Source: Mytilus californianus (Eukaryota). From it: a stretch of DNA of 64,000 nucleotides. Location: the NCBI RefSeq assembly GCF_021869535.1, contig NW_026262690.1:109306001-109370000 (forward strand). The letters run 5' to 3'. The notes under the pieces were generated by a model, which saw nothing but the letters and a program-made list of their open reading frames with translations, did no database searches and had not been told where the DNA came from. Below, in pieces: positions 11,019 to 24,900 of the stretch (position 1 is its first letter; every line of letters begins with the position of its first letter). The position numbers were made by a program, and so were the translations under genes.

Positions 11019-13591
11019 AAGTTAATTCAACATTTTTTTGTTAAAAAATATTGTTCCTGTATGTTACTGAAAAAAGTTTGTTTTTGATTAAGTTGAAAGA
11101 TGTTTGCTCCCAACAAATGATGAATGACAATTACTTTTTTAGGAACAATCCTTTTTTAAAACACAATGTATTTTTTTTTCTTAATTTTCAATGGAACTGC
11201 TATTTTCAATTCCCCTTTGAAATAATGTTTTAAAGAAATTTTGAATCAAACTATTTATTAAAAAAAATGTATTTCTATCCCGCCTCCCCACCCCTTCAAA
11301 GATAGATGGTTGGTGCCTTTTAAAAAAAGATGAAAAATGAGAATGACAACAAATATGTTTGATTAAATTTATATTGATCATGTTAATATATTCTTTGTCT
11401 GTAAACATCCATTACTGCTGTCATTTCAGCATCGAATCAACCCTTTCTAATTTTAGTTTCGCTTGCAACGAAAGTCTCTTAGAGTGTACATGTTTATATT
11501 AAAGAGTCAAAAAGATATTAACATTTCAAGTCAGCAGTTTTGTCTTTTCTGCCTTTATCATATTTATGCTTTTTTTGAATTTTTTGTTGTTGCCATGTCA
11601 ATGTGTGACTGATTCCTTTATTTTCTATAGCTGAAACTATATACTATTAATGTGTTTCTGTCATCATACACACATATATGTGTAATGTATATGTAAGGAA
11701 AAGACTTGATATCAGTTGTTATAACTTGTGTCCAATCATATTGCTTGATTAATGCAATAAAATATTATTAAATTAAGATAATAATGTTTATAAATATTAT
11801 TAATTTTAATGACGTAAGCTGGTTAACCAAAGTCACATGAGTTATTATCTTGCATTCATAATGTACAATAAAAAATGGTAACAAATAGAGTATATGCAAC
11901 ATGTCATCATTTTCAGTTTCCTATAAATTTGCCAGAAAAGAAGTAAAAAAATGAACGAGACGTCTAATTGAGTGACTTCATCGCATTCAAACATCATCGA
12001 CTGAAACCACCTACACAACCGAGGTTTCCCAAAACGAAAAATGCCACAAAATTCTACTCAAGTCATATCCCCATTAGGAGAAATGAAGCAAATACTTCAG
12101 GTCACGTAGTCGGAGAAGTACAAGAAGGCATCCTCCATAAATTTTTGCTGGTAACGTGACTTGTCGTCATGCATATGCATGCACAGTTCACCTTCCCGTT
12201 AACGCATTCGTAGAACTCATTATCTGGGATGCGTTCAATGTCGTAGCCGCCGTGTACGGCGGGATGTACGTACATTTTGACTTTTTAAAGTATATCTAGC
12301 CTAGCCACTTATTAAATCTAGAAAGCCAAAAGAGAGTTGAAAGATGCGAAAGAGATATTCAAACCCATAAGTCGCAAATAAACTGATAACGTCATGGCAA
12401 AAGAAAAAGGGAAAAGACCAAAAGGCAAACAACAGTAACCAAAACACAACATAGAAAACAATAAAATGAGCAACACAGACACCACCAAAAGCCGGGGGCC
12501 AAAAGTTCCTGCTTCATGTATCTAGATAATTGAAAAAAGTCTTCGGATGGATTTAAATTCGTAAAAACATATAAAAATAATTGATTAAGAAAGTGTACGG
12601 AATTTGTACAGACACTCACTATATACTTGCAGAAATGAGAGTATTCCCATTCATCAAGAGTAATTTCAAAACAGAAAAGAACAGATCTGGGGAATCCATC
12701 CATGACACAAAATTAGGACATGCATAAAAAAAAAAAAACTCAAAAAAATCAAAGGAAACGAGCATGGGCATAGATCTTATACCATTGAACGTAACCCTGT
12801 TCTTTCATCGATTACTTCATACATGACGCAATTTTCGTTCACTGACGTCACGAGTTCCCAATCTGAATCTCCCGCCTAGATGAGACCGTTTAATGCATCC
12901 TATACTACTAGGAGACACTAATATATAAAATCACGAACTGTTATTACACAATTTCAAAGGAATTTATATTGGTCATGATGTTAAGCTTATCGTTATAAAA
13001 TACCGTGTATAAATTTAACTTAAGAATTAGATCCATATCAGATTATGAAAGAAACGTTTATAATGGTAACCGTGATTCCTGTGGCTTTACAGAATAAACT
13101 GTCCAGTTGTATTAATCGCTAACAGATTGATAACGTAAACTGTCCGTGTATCTTAATCAAATTGTTTGTTTCCTTAATTTTTCCTAGTATCTTCAAACTG
13201 AAAAAATCGGTTGCCCAACTTTATGAACATATTAACATGAATGTCAATTTTAACGTCTATGAATAATAGCACAGTAGGCAAATATGACGGAAAACGTTTC
13301 CATGGAAACTTCATCTGTTTATGTTTGGAAAATCCATCTGTAAAGTTTCTTAGTGAGTTTTCTTTCACAATATCACACGTTCTAATCAACATACAAATCA
13401 TTAAAATGCTATGTGCATCAAAACAACAAAATAGAACATCACCATATAATTTGTTTTTGGATGTAACACGTTTTTTGATTGGCTGAAAGTGTTTTTGTCT
13501 ATCAGCTCATAGACATAATTTTGTCATGTGACAACCAACGTTTTTTTTTCTTCAAAATTTACTCCTTAAAAATTGAATTTAGAATGAAATT

Positions 13592-13739
13592 ATAAGGAAT
13601 GACTGTAATATTTTTTCTGTCTATTCGAAATAACCTAAAATATGTGGTGCACACTTTAAAATAACCCGCGTAGTGTACACCACATATCTGATTTTGTTAT
13701 TTTTCCATAGACAGAAAAAGTATAACAGTCATTCCTTAA
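13592..13739. mobile_element. Palindromic MITE (~150 bp) upstream of copy B
   Basis: Left AAGGAATGACTGTAATATTTTTTCTGTCTAT and right ATAGACAGAAAAAGTATAACAGTCATTCCTT are inverted repeats; absent from the homologous region upstream of C (~43375). Confidence 0.8.
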
Positions 13740-16377
13740 ATAAAAAAGATTACGAAAAATACGCATAATTCTTAGAAATCAACTTCAATATTATTTCAAT
13801 ATGAGTGTAAATTAGGAATAACGGCATGCTTTGACGATGGTCAGCTTGAAATACAATAGCATTAGCATATGATGGAATGATTAGGGTTATACGCTTCGTG
13901 AAAAAACAAATGTAGGCAAACAGTAGGAAAACAAGCCTTTAGAAACGAACGTTGTTGCTACTTTCTAAAGACAACAATGGGGCTGATTTCTAAACCCGCA
14001 TTCTGAAGTTGCTTTATTTTCGGGGGAAAATGAAATTGGCGGCAAGTTAAAAATTTTCTGTTTTCTGTTTCTTACTTCCAGTTGGAGTCAGAAATTGATG
14101 TCTTCAGCATGTGTCTTGTTATAAAAGAAAATATTATTCAAATTGGCTATTTTAAAAAAAAACCAAATACGTTGAAAATTATGCGAATTGCCTGTTCGTT
14201 TTTTCGACTATTTTAACAGATAAATTCACAAATATAAATTCTACAGAAGTATAAAAAATTAATGTTTCTCAAAGTAAAAAAACTATTTGAAGTCTAAAGA
14301 TCTGTCACCCCTTATGAAACCCAGTTTGAACTAAATTCTGAAGGAAAGACATTTTTTTGACATTGCATTTTGTTTGTCTTACACATCGATGTCAACATGC
14401 ATGTGAACCGAATATATACAACATTTAGTGTGTTTTAAAATACACATTTGTTTTAAAAAGCAATGGAGAAATCAGCTGTCAATTAGAGTGGATAAATTAG
14501 CCCCTTTTAGTTAAATGTTTGACGTTAAGGATGTTCGCTCCTCTTGTTTTTGAATTTTTGCCAGATATTCGGAATCCTCTGATTTAATCCGGGTAGTGCC
14601 ATTAAAATTGTGCCCGCTAACCCCTACTTTTCTTTTCATATTTTTGTAACATATAGTTTTAAAAGCCATATTAGAAAATCTTATAAAATCCTTTTTATTT
14701 TTTTTTCATAGTATTTGAAAGAAAAAAGGTGCCAATGTTAAATATATGAATGTAGTTCCTTTGTTTATATACTATTAATTTATAACAGTGTTTTTAAAAG
14801 CTTGTTATTTTGAAACAGAGTAACGAACATCCTAAACTGAAACAAAAAGGTTAGGTTATTTTATATTATATGTGCACAAGCTAAAAGCAAGATTAAAAAA
14901 AAAAAAAAAAAATCATCCAGACACTCGTGATGTAAGTATTTTATTCTTTGTGATGAAGGACTCCTGTAAAAGTTTAAAGTTAAAACAAATATTACATGTA
15001 CAACGGAAACATTAAAGTCTTGTCCTCCTTTGAACTTTAAACAATCTGTATCAGACTTGCATTTTAATCACTCTTATTGGAAATAGTGCTTTAATGCAAA
15101 CAAATTTTAGATCTAAGGAAGTCAAATAATATCTTTAACAGTAACAATTTTCACAATTCATGGGGAGATTTCTCCAATGAGATATGTTGACCCAACTTTG
15201 AAATTCTTTATTATACAATCATTCAAATGAATAAAAGGGTATTAACGCACAAACATACTCATCCAAACAATACAGTAGTAGATTAAAAACACTTGTGACA
15301 ATACACAATGGTAGAGGAGCATTAGCCATTAAGTCATCTTGCACTTAAAATTCACCATGGAAATTTTGAAAAAATTGGCAGGTATGAATTTTACTGAACC
15401 ATACATGTACATGTATGCTCATTTCCACGATTAACATATCTTCGATAGAATTCTTTCAAATTTCAAAATTTAATATATTTTTATGAAATATTTTTAAACG
15501 AAAATAATAAAGCAGTAGATAGACCAAATTGGCCTCAAAATTTGACTTTGTAATATCATATCTAAAAGAACTATTAATGATCTCAAATATGCAAATTTTG
15601 ATGACACATATATATATGTATCTACATGTAAACAGACTATTTTTCTTACTACTGTTTCGGTGTTTGTTTGAGATAATTTTGATATAAGTTTTAAGGTACA
15701 AAGTATGATATTTTCTAGTTTTACTCCATATTCTGCATTTTGAGGTCTATTTTCTTCTCCAAAACCAAATTAAACGTTTATTATTATTGGCATAAGTATG
15801 ATAATATAAGAATAATGAGATGTAGTATGATTACCAATGAGACATTTATCCATGGCCACTATGAGTCCAAATGACGTGAATGTAACTATAGGTAACATTG
15901 GTTGTGTCTGGCGTAGATATATTATAAAATAAAATGATTATGCGACAATGTTAACCATGTTAACACGTGAGGATCATACACTTGTATTTATACATGTACA
16001 TGATCATCATGTATGATATTTTGTTTTTATAGGCCCTTTAAATGGAATAAAAGCTTCTTCTAATCATGTACACATGATGTAGATGTATCATTCATTTGAA
16101 TTACATGATCATCATGTGTCACAGTATGCAGGTACAATGTACATGTACATGCATGAAAATAATATTAAAAAGTTACTTTGCTCTTTCATCTATATACTGA
16201 GATGTCCAGTGGCAAATATTGCATAGATGTTCAGTTAACAAATTTCAAACATAACAGACTTGGTGTTGGGTTGATGATTGTCTATGGTGGTTGGTTGTAC
16301 ATAACTTAGTGACACATCTCCATTAATCCTGATAAGGAGTGCACACAAATACCACTGTACCCTCGCAGCTATCGATG

Positions 16378-16666
16378 ATGATGGATAGCTGCTTAACATC
16401 CAGCTGCAAATTAATATGCATATTCAGGACGAGAGCATGTAAATGTAATATGAATATATAAACCCTGCTTTGTACTAGACCGACACACTGAGCTGGATTT
16501 TTAACATGCTAGTTCACAAGGTAACAGTCCGCAGGAAGACACATTATATTGACTCCGAGTATACCAGTCTTTCCTCTTACTCCTTAATTGCCGCGTGCTT
16601 AGCGGAGAAGTGGCAAATATCAATTTTAAAGTTTTGGATTTGACCGACCCGACCCGGGTTCGAACC
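16378..16666 (-). mobile_element. tRNA-derived SINE, head deleted (paralog of 49403-49762)
   Basis: Same body and tail as the 49.4-49.8 kb copy; the B-box remnant is kept, and the A-box region is lost in a ~100-bp deletion. Confidence 0.7.
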
Positions 16667-18528
16667 AGAACATACATAGGCACAAAATGTTGTTTTACAA
16701 AGATGAACTGCCAAAATTTTAACTTGCACAGGAGAACGTTTACATGTTGGATAAGGGCACACATTTTTCCTTGTAATTGACAAACTACAAACTCCTAAAT
16801 AAGTTTTTAAAAGGGTATTTTAACTTGCAGACATACTTTTTCAAAACACAAGACATATATCGTCCCAACTTCCACTTGATGTGGCTATGCATGCTTCTTT
16901 TAAATGCCATTTTTCCCTTTGTATCTTCTTTTTTGTAGGAGGGGGGGGGGGGTCAAACCAAAACAGAGAGAAAATGGGACCAAATTACAGCAGGGTATTC
17001 TCGTTGTGGACATTTTTTGGGTTTTGCTGCCTCTCAAAATACTATTTTATACGACGGTTGACATGGTTGAGTCCCCCTGAGTTTCATACCATAAAAACAC
17101 AAATATAACAACTTGTACAAATCTATCTTTGAAAAAATAAAGAAAAATACTTTACTTTTATCTTCAATACCGACAACAAACGAGCAACATGTTAATTGTT
17201 TGCTTAAATAGCTTGCTGAGTTGCTTTTATCACTCTATGTAGCTAGAGTTGCGAGTTTGACACAAACACCAGGGAACAGAGGCCACTTAAAAAGCCTGCC
17301 CATCTGTGGGCGGTTAGGTGCCGGTTACGAAATTTACACTAAACGAATCGGGCGAGTTTTGATTATTTTACTTTCAATTTGGGCAACTTGAAATTACTTC
17401 ACTCACCTGTACCATGGCTTTCTGTGATGCACTACAATGATACATCATGGCGTACTACACGGTCGGTCCGTCTTCGTAGGCATGTTATATAAAACAGCAA
17501 TGTCCAGATATGTTATACCAATGGTTATATCTGGACATTTAAATTAAAATACTCACTAATCGCAATACTTGTTTTTGTTGAGGGGATGTATAAATAGTAC
17601 CCTGTCACGTCCGGTCTGTGTTTTTGTTAGATGTTGTTCTGTTTGTATATATCTGAAGAGTTAAGCCTTTGTCAACTGATTTTTATAGTTTGTTATTATA
17701 TTGTACTGTTACACAATTGTCCCAGGTTAGGAGGAGGGTTTGGCACCAAGAAATTAGTTAACCCGCCACATTCTATATGTCCCTGTAGGAGCCTGTAAAT
17801 CAGTGGTTGTCGTTTGTTGATGTATATAATATTTGTTTTTCGTTCATTGTTTTGTACATAAATCAGGCCGTTAGTTTTCTCGTCCGAATTGTTTTACATT
17901 TGCGAGTCATTTGTCATTTCGGGGCCTTTTATAGCTTCTACGTCATGTGGTCTGTGGTGGAGAGTTGTCTCATAAGCAATCGATCATACCACATCTCATT
18001 TTTGTGAAATGAATGTTTAACACATGTCATATAAATATTTTGAAAGTAAACCAACACTTAGTCGTCTAACACGTAATATAAGACTGATGTTTACCGGTTA
18101 AAAATTCATAGTACATCTCAACGATCACGAACAACAACAGTGGCGGACCCAGAGGGGGGCGAAGAGGGCGATCACGAACACAAATGTGTCACAGTAGAAA
18201 CATATTCAAATTTAGGTAAGTACTGAGTAAGTACACAGTTCATTGAAAATCTTTTGTATCGAACAAGCCCCTACAAAAGTTTATAAAGCGGATTAATATT
18301 GAGCACATTCACGTCGTTAAAGACACTTAATATTTGTCATTGAATAAAGGTTATTATTGAGCACGTAACAGATCTGGAGTTCAAGGTAAATCCTTTGTGC
18401 AACGAACATACTTTTATTACGTAAGTTAATATTCAGCACGATTATGGTTTTAAGTTCACTGTGTAAATAGGCTTTACAAAGATAACATAAGTATTCACCG
18501 CAAGTTTATTATCTTTCTCTGTTTTGCA

Positions 18529-18904
18529 ATGGATATCGCATATGCATATTCCTATTTAGAAGGAATCGATCTAACAGCTACATTCATATTTCTAATAATA
18601 TTTTTTGCGACAGTAGTATTGATGACAAGTCCGAAATCAGATATTCCAGGACCACGAGCATGGCCTATTTTTGGAAATATTCTACTTGTAAGTCAGTTTA
18701 ATAGTACACCAAAGAGGGCCAAGTTTGTTGAGGATATGACGAGGCAGTATGGACCAATGTTTCGAATGTTTTTAGGACCATACCAGATCGTTTTTGTACA
18801 GGGTCATAAACATGTGCTTGATGTTCTACAGAAACGAGGACGGGAATTTATAGACAGACCCAACTTTATTCCAGGAATCAAATTAGCTGAACAAGTAAAA
18901 GGAG
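18529..18904 (+). CDS. P450 copy B exon 1
   Basis: ATG; hydrophobic anchor; [11 protein letters not shown]; ends AAA GGA G|gtaaat; 376 nt. Confidence 0.92.
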
Positions 18905-21900
18905 GTAAATCATAGATTATAATAACGTATGAATTAAATCAAATTGTATGTTTTAAGGATTTCCAATACAGAAAGGAAACGATCTCTACTTCGGTACTGT
19001 CATGAAAATGCGGATATTAAGTTATTAAAATTTGTTGTTACAAAATTTTGGAAATGATTCAGAATTAAGGAATATATCTCCGTCATGCAAAGCTCTGATT
19101 CATTGACCGGCTTTAACCCTTCAATTTTTGAATACGTTTAGGATTTTGAAATATTTCGGCCTAGAGCATCATTTAAGGTAACTTGATACCAAATGGTATA
19201 TCTCCCGATTTCTAAAATTTTTGGCCGTTTGTACTTTGATTCGAGTTACATCGGAATATGAAATAAAAAATGCGGGTCACCGCTTATTTTTTGTTGTAAT
19301 TTTCATGAGAAACGCCAATTTTGGCGACAAATTTACATAGATATATAGTGAAAATGCCGTGTTTTGTACTTATTTTTTTAGATTTTTGATTGGATGGCTA
19401 TGTTCTTATATACGGAAAAAGACTAAAAACTAACATAATATCCAGGATTGTATACTGAATTCATGCATGTATAGAAACACATAAGTCACCATCCTTGTGT
19501 TTTAGATAAATTGCTTCAAAGTTGACCAATACGCTTAGAATTTGACAGAAAACGTGTGACGTTACTGAATACAGAATAACGTGTTTTTTACTCAGCATGC
19601 TCAGAGGTATTGAAAAAATATGTAACAGGATCTGAATGGTGTTTGTTATTTTATTTTCATTTCACCTGTCAGTTTTCGTAAATTTTCCATGTTTTCAATA
19701 TAAAATTCTACTGATTTAATTTTATTTCGTCCTAATAAGGTGGACATTTAGCTTTTCAAAACTGAATCTGCAACTGAACCCTACCAAACCAAACAAAGCT
19801 GATGCCACCACTGCGTCCATGCATTTATAAAGTGCTTCAAAAATTTGATTAAGTCAACAGTGATGTTGAAATACAATATGAATTGAAGGATTGATGGTTG
19901 CCTAACGTCAAGTGGCAAATATTTCATGCATGTTCAGGACAATACAATACAATTTGAAATAGTGGTGTCTAAAGAACACATTTGTTGCACCCGTCAAAAA
20001 AGTTTAAACATTCTGTTAGGTGTGAAAATTACAAAGCAAATCAATATCCTGATAAAAAAACCCATTCTCAATATAGTATACTCTGTATGGTGTAAACGTG
20101 TGAGTTGTGTGTGTAGTTTGTCGGACAAACCTTGCAAATTAGGCAAAATTTCAATTAAAAAGACAAAGTTCAACATTCTGTCATTTGTTGAAAATTATGC
20201 AAAAATAATCCTGATAATATATATGCACTCTCTATATAAGGAAAACACTCGACACAATGTAAAAAATCAAGCTTGAAAAAAGTACATGTACATGTACGAG
20301 GATTAAGCCGGTCTCTGTACTCTGCGTGCATTTATATATTATCAAAATGCCAAATTCAGCAACCTGTCATTAAAAAAAAAAAATAACAATATGTACACAT
20401 TTAGTATATGTACTAACAGCATGCACATAATTAAAAAGTTTAGATGTAAAACATGTAGTCCTAAGATATTAGCCGTATAAACCCTATATACTAAGTGCAG
20501 GACGGACGATCGAAAGGACACGGGTAAAACAATATGCTCCCGCCATTTTGTCGAGGGAGCAAAATATAAATTAGTGTATATGATGATGTTATATTTTATA
20601 AGGCATTTGGTGACAAAATATCTTTTTGAATAAGTAGTTCATAGTGTAATGGTAATTAGGAGATCTCAAATGTAGCAATATAAGCAAGCTAACATCTACG
20701 TCATTTGATCTTTGATGTAAAGTTGTCTCATTGGAAAGCATACAACATCTCCTTATTTCATAACGGTTTGAGTGTAATCTTGAAATACAAGACCATGAGT
20801 TTAAAGACTTTCACAAATATGTACTAGGAGACTGAAGTAGGCTACTGTTATAATTAAAATCTGACTTGTTGTGAACATGCATGTGATGTTATAATTTGAT
20901 AAATTTAATACTTGCTATACTGAATATACTTATTATCTTCCCAATTTAAGGGAACAACGAATCTTTACTAAAACTACAAATTAGCAGTAAAAAAGTACTT
21001 GTCCATTCTGCATTTATCACGTGCTATCGAGATGCCTTTGGTTTTGTGTGTAGTTAATTGGCCATTTGTTGCCTTATTGTATATCCCACATCCATTTACT
21101 CACACCAAGAAATACCAACACTTCTTTTACATACATACGGGAGGTATTGTGCTTGATTTTCATATGATGAAGACATAATCTGTCAATCAGTTTAATTGAG
21201 GTCTGGAGCTGGCATGTCAGTAACTGCTAGTAGTCCTTTGTTGATTTATGTATCATTGTCATTTTGCTTAGTTTCTTTTGTTACCTATTCTGACGTCGGA
21301 CTCGGACTTCTTTTAAACTGAGTTTTACTGTGCGTATTGCTGTGTGTTTGTTTTTTCTACATTGGATAGAGGTATATGGGGAGGGTTGGGATCTCACTAA
21401 ACATGTTTAACACCGCTGCATTTTTGTTAGTCTTGTATGTTTTTATTTTAGTTCATTTATATGTTTTGGAATTTAGTATGACGTCCATTTTCACTGAACT
21501 ATACACATTTTTATTCAGGGGCCAGATGAAGCCCGCCTCCGGTTGCGGGATTTTCTCGCTGTGTTGAAGACCCATTGGTGGTCTTCGGATGTTTTCTGCT
21601 CTATTGTCGGGTTATTTTCTCTTTGACACATTCCCCATTTCCATTCTCAGTTTTATTGTATACATGTTATAAAAACTCCTTATAAGACTGAATACCTTCG
21701 GGTAAAATTTCCGACGGCTATGTGAGCAATATTCCCTCCCCCAAAAAAGGTACCTTTGTTTATCGGATGTGAGTTGTTCCCCCTCCCCATACATGTAATG
21801 TAATTGTATCAAAATGAAATGTTACATTCGTGATGACACACGCTTCCACAAAAAAGTGCACAGGTAAATAATGCTTCTTTTGGTAATTTGATAGGGATTT

Positions 21901-24900
21901 TAAAGTGTGTATCGTGCACACATTTTTATTTATTGGGGTATACAAGTGTTCACCGAAGCACATTCTAAAAATGTGTGCACGATCAACACTTTTTCACCCC
22001 AATAAAATTACTAATTGCATGTAATGTAATTATACAAGTATAATATTCAGGAGCGGGCAATAATATTCATGACTATTAGATATTAATTTTGAAGAGGGCT
22101 TTTTGAGGAATAAAAACTGCAGTGCTATACATATCAAGTTGTAACAGGGCTTTTGTTTATATTCAAAACTAAGTTGTAGACGTCAGACTTTACTACCTCC
22201 CCGCAAACAAAGTTTGGGGGTATATAGCTAAGGAATCACAATGTCCGTCTGTCTATCTGTTTGTCTGCCAGTCCCGCTTCGTGTCTGGTGCATAACATTT
22301 GAATCGAACACTAAGGTTAACCAAACATCATATGCAGTTGCACCATGGGCTGGGACTGTGTCAGATACCAAAGTCAGGTCACGCTGAACTTGACTTTGAC
22401 CACTTTGATAGTAAGACCTTGTCCAATTCGTGTCCGATTCATACCTTTTGTTCCGTAAAACCTAGGTTAACCAAACTTTTAATGCAGTTGCATCATTGAC
22501 TGGGAATGTGTCACATACTAAAGTAAGGTTATTCTGACCTTGACTTTGACATTTGACCACAATGATAGTAAAACCTTATCCAATTCGTTTTCGACTCATA
22601 GCTTTTGTACTTTTAAACTTAGGATAACCAAACTTGGTATGCAGTTGCATCATTGGCTTAGGGTGTGTCAGACATGAAAATCGAGTCTTTCTGACCTTTG
22701 ACCCCTATGATAGTTACACTTTGTATGATTTGTGACATGTGCATGACATTTGTACCATAGAACTTAGGATGAATAAATTTGATATGCTGATACATTATTG
22801 TATGAGATGTGTCATATATCGAAGTCAGGTAATTTTGACCTTCTTTTTTACCTTTGAGTCCTATGATAGCAAAGCATTGTCATATTTGTTTTTTGTAGCA
22901 TAACTTTTGTATTGTAGGACTTAGATTGACACATTTTTATATGCAGAAGCATCATACTGACCTTGACCTATAATTTCTGAATTTACAGTATACAAATCAG
23001 ACTTTATTCCTCGGTCGGTATTATTCTTTCAGATTGACCTATCAGTAACCATTTGTCAATCTAACATATAGGTAAGGATTATTTAAAATGAAAACCAAAA
23101 ATCTGAAAATGTCATTGCCTGAATACTGAATTTCATAGCAGCAACTTAAATGCATGTAAAGGGCCCGGGGTATTAGTCCCGCTATGCAGACAGCTCTATA
23201 TATGATTTTTTTAGGTCACTATTTATAAAATAATAGTACTTGGGTTAGGAAATGGGTTGTTTTTAGCGATTGGAGTTGACTAGGTTTATGTAGGAATTGG
23301 GATTGTGTTAGCTAAAAGATCTAGAGTTGAGTAGGTTTATGTAAGAAGTAGGATTGTGTTAGCTATTTGAGTTGACAGGAATTAAGTTAAAAATTGGGAT
23401 TGTGTTAACTAATGGAAATGATTGGGTTTATGTGAGTTGGATTGTGTTTTCTAATGGAGATTATTCGGTTTATATAGGCAGTGGGATTGCGTTTGCTAAT
23501 GGAGATGACTGGAAGGATATGAGACGAATCTCATTGCAAGCAATGCGAGATTTTGGTGTAGGAAAATCTTCGCAGGAAGAGAATATTTTGGAAGAAATAC
23601 AGAATGTCGCAGACGATCTGGAAAAATTTAATGGAGCGGAGATAACCAATTTAAAGAAAATGATGACAAAGGCTAGCTGCAATGTTATACATAGTCTTAT
23701 ATTCGGATATAGGTAAGCTCTTATCTGTTACATGTACCAGGGTATTGCATAGCCTTTTAACGAATATAGGTAAAACATTGTCTGCTCCATTTATTGGTGT
23801 TACATATTCATATTCAAATATATGCAAGTGATTGTCTGCTCTATTTGTCAACCCTGAACAGATAGAGGTAATTGTTTGTCTGCTATACACAGACAAATAA
23901 AGATATGGTAAATGAAACCCACGTGTGTGGTATAAGCACCTCTTTTTATGCATTGCCCGTTAAGCCATCAGTGTGGGATACGTATCGCTCATCATGTTTC
24001 GCGTGTTTTGCATTGAGAACAGAATGGAATATGCACCTCTTGTTCTAGAGTTGTTTTATTTCTTTTTATGAGTGTATGAGATTGTATTTTGTATATGTTT
24101 TTCTGTTGTTTCACATGTGAATGTGACAGACTGTTTTTAAGTAAAGTATATTGTATTATTGTATTGTATTGTTATGTATGACCTGTTATGTATTGCGAGC
24201 AGTAACCCTAACCACTTTCCATGTGAACAGTATGGGATTAGCATCTATTCTTATGTATCACATTTCATATATTGAGCAGTCTTCGTAAAGAATCTTTCAT
24301 ATTCGTATGTATTACCAGCTGTCTTGTATTGAGAACAATATGTGATTAGCATTTATGGTAATATATGGCCTGTTACGTATTGAAGACAATGTGGGGTAAG
24401 TTTCACTTGTTATGTATCGCATGTCATGTATTGGAATAGTGTGGGATAATCAAATCTTGATATATTTCACATGTCAAGTATTAAGAACAGTATGTGATGA
24501 ACATCTCTTGTTATGTATCACATATCATGAGTTGATAACAGTATGGAATAGCATCTCTTGTACGTATTCCTAAAATGTATTTGAAAACAGTGTGGGATAA
24601 GCATGACTTGTTATGTATCACATGTCACGTATTGAGAACAGTATGAGATAAGTATCATTCTTGTTATACATATTTCACATGTAATGTATTGAAAACTGTG
24701 GAATAAGCATATCTTGTAATGTATCACATGCAATGAATTGAGAACAGTATTGGAAAAGTATCTATTTTACGTATGCCTGATATTTATTGAGAACAGTTTA
24801 GAATAAGCATCTATAATTGCTATGTATCTACTTGTAAATGATGTATCCTTATTTCATGTTTAATGCGATGGAGTCGATCAACATAATCACCAAACTTTAA

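Noticed and set aside
12247-12262. Perfect GC hairpin CCGCCGT-GT-ACGGCGG as a Helitron 3' end or terminator
   Set aside because: The nearest CTAG is ~34 nt away, further than typical, and no matching 5' end or empty site was found.
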